DNA from: Macrostomum lignano
Lineage: Eukaryota
Length of the DNA: 64,000 bases
Assembly (NCBI GenBank): GCA_002269645.1
Contig: NIVC01001264.1
Coordinates: 62,001-126,000, forward strand
Reading direction: 5' to 3'
Shown: positions 63,900 to 64,000 of the stretch, piece after piece
Layout of the letters: every line of letters begins with the position of its first letter
Numbering within the stretch: position 1 is the first letter of the stretch
Made by a program: the position numbers and the translations under genes
The notes under the pieces: generated by a model
Database searches by the model: none
The model's input: the letters and a program-made list of their open reading frames with translations, nothing else
Told to the model about the DNA's origin: nothing

Positions 63900-64000
63900 G
63901 TAAGATATAATTACTCATTTTTCGTCTGTGCGATTATTTTTTTTATGTTTAATGAGCGAAAATTTTCTGCGTCTCTAAATTGATGTAAAGATGTCGATTT

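Overview
Eukaryotic (animal) genomic DNA with spliced genes, many transposons and very dense mini- and microsatellites. The repeat landscape recalls the flatworm Macrostomum, but that is inference only. Host genes: a 5'-partial GTF3C1-like TFIIIC subunit gene (minus, 8271 to 1098, continuing off the left edge); an 11-exon PPIG-like SR-cyclophilin (minus, 18959-10307) with a heptad-repeat tail; a single-exon Janus/Ocnus/PHPT1-family ORF that appears to lack the catalytic His (41659-41045); an intronless DEG/ENaC channel (48199-50067); a possible small two-exon orphan gene; and gephyrin (plus, from 56349 off the right edge). The largest structure is a 16.25-kb EnSpm/CACTA (CMC)-type transposon (24313-40563). 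It has CCCGGGCTGCCA terminal inverted repeats and a CCG target duplication, splits an old LINE endonuclease fragment, and carries a transposase, a spliced DUF4806-like gene, a foldback and a ~34-copy 183-bp satellite with its own diverged monomer. Also present: two Gypsy remnants, a 5'-truncated RNase H LINE with a target-site duplication (TSD), several MITEs, and sharply bounded CpG-depleted blocks. Exon structures were derived by hand from splice signals, frame continuity and remembered family motifs. No database searches were run.
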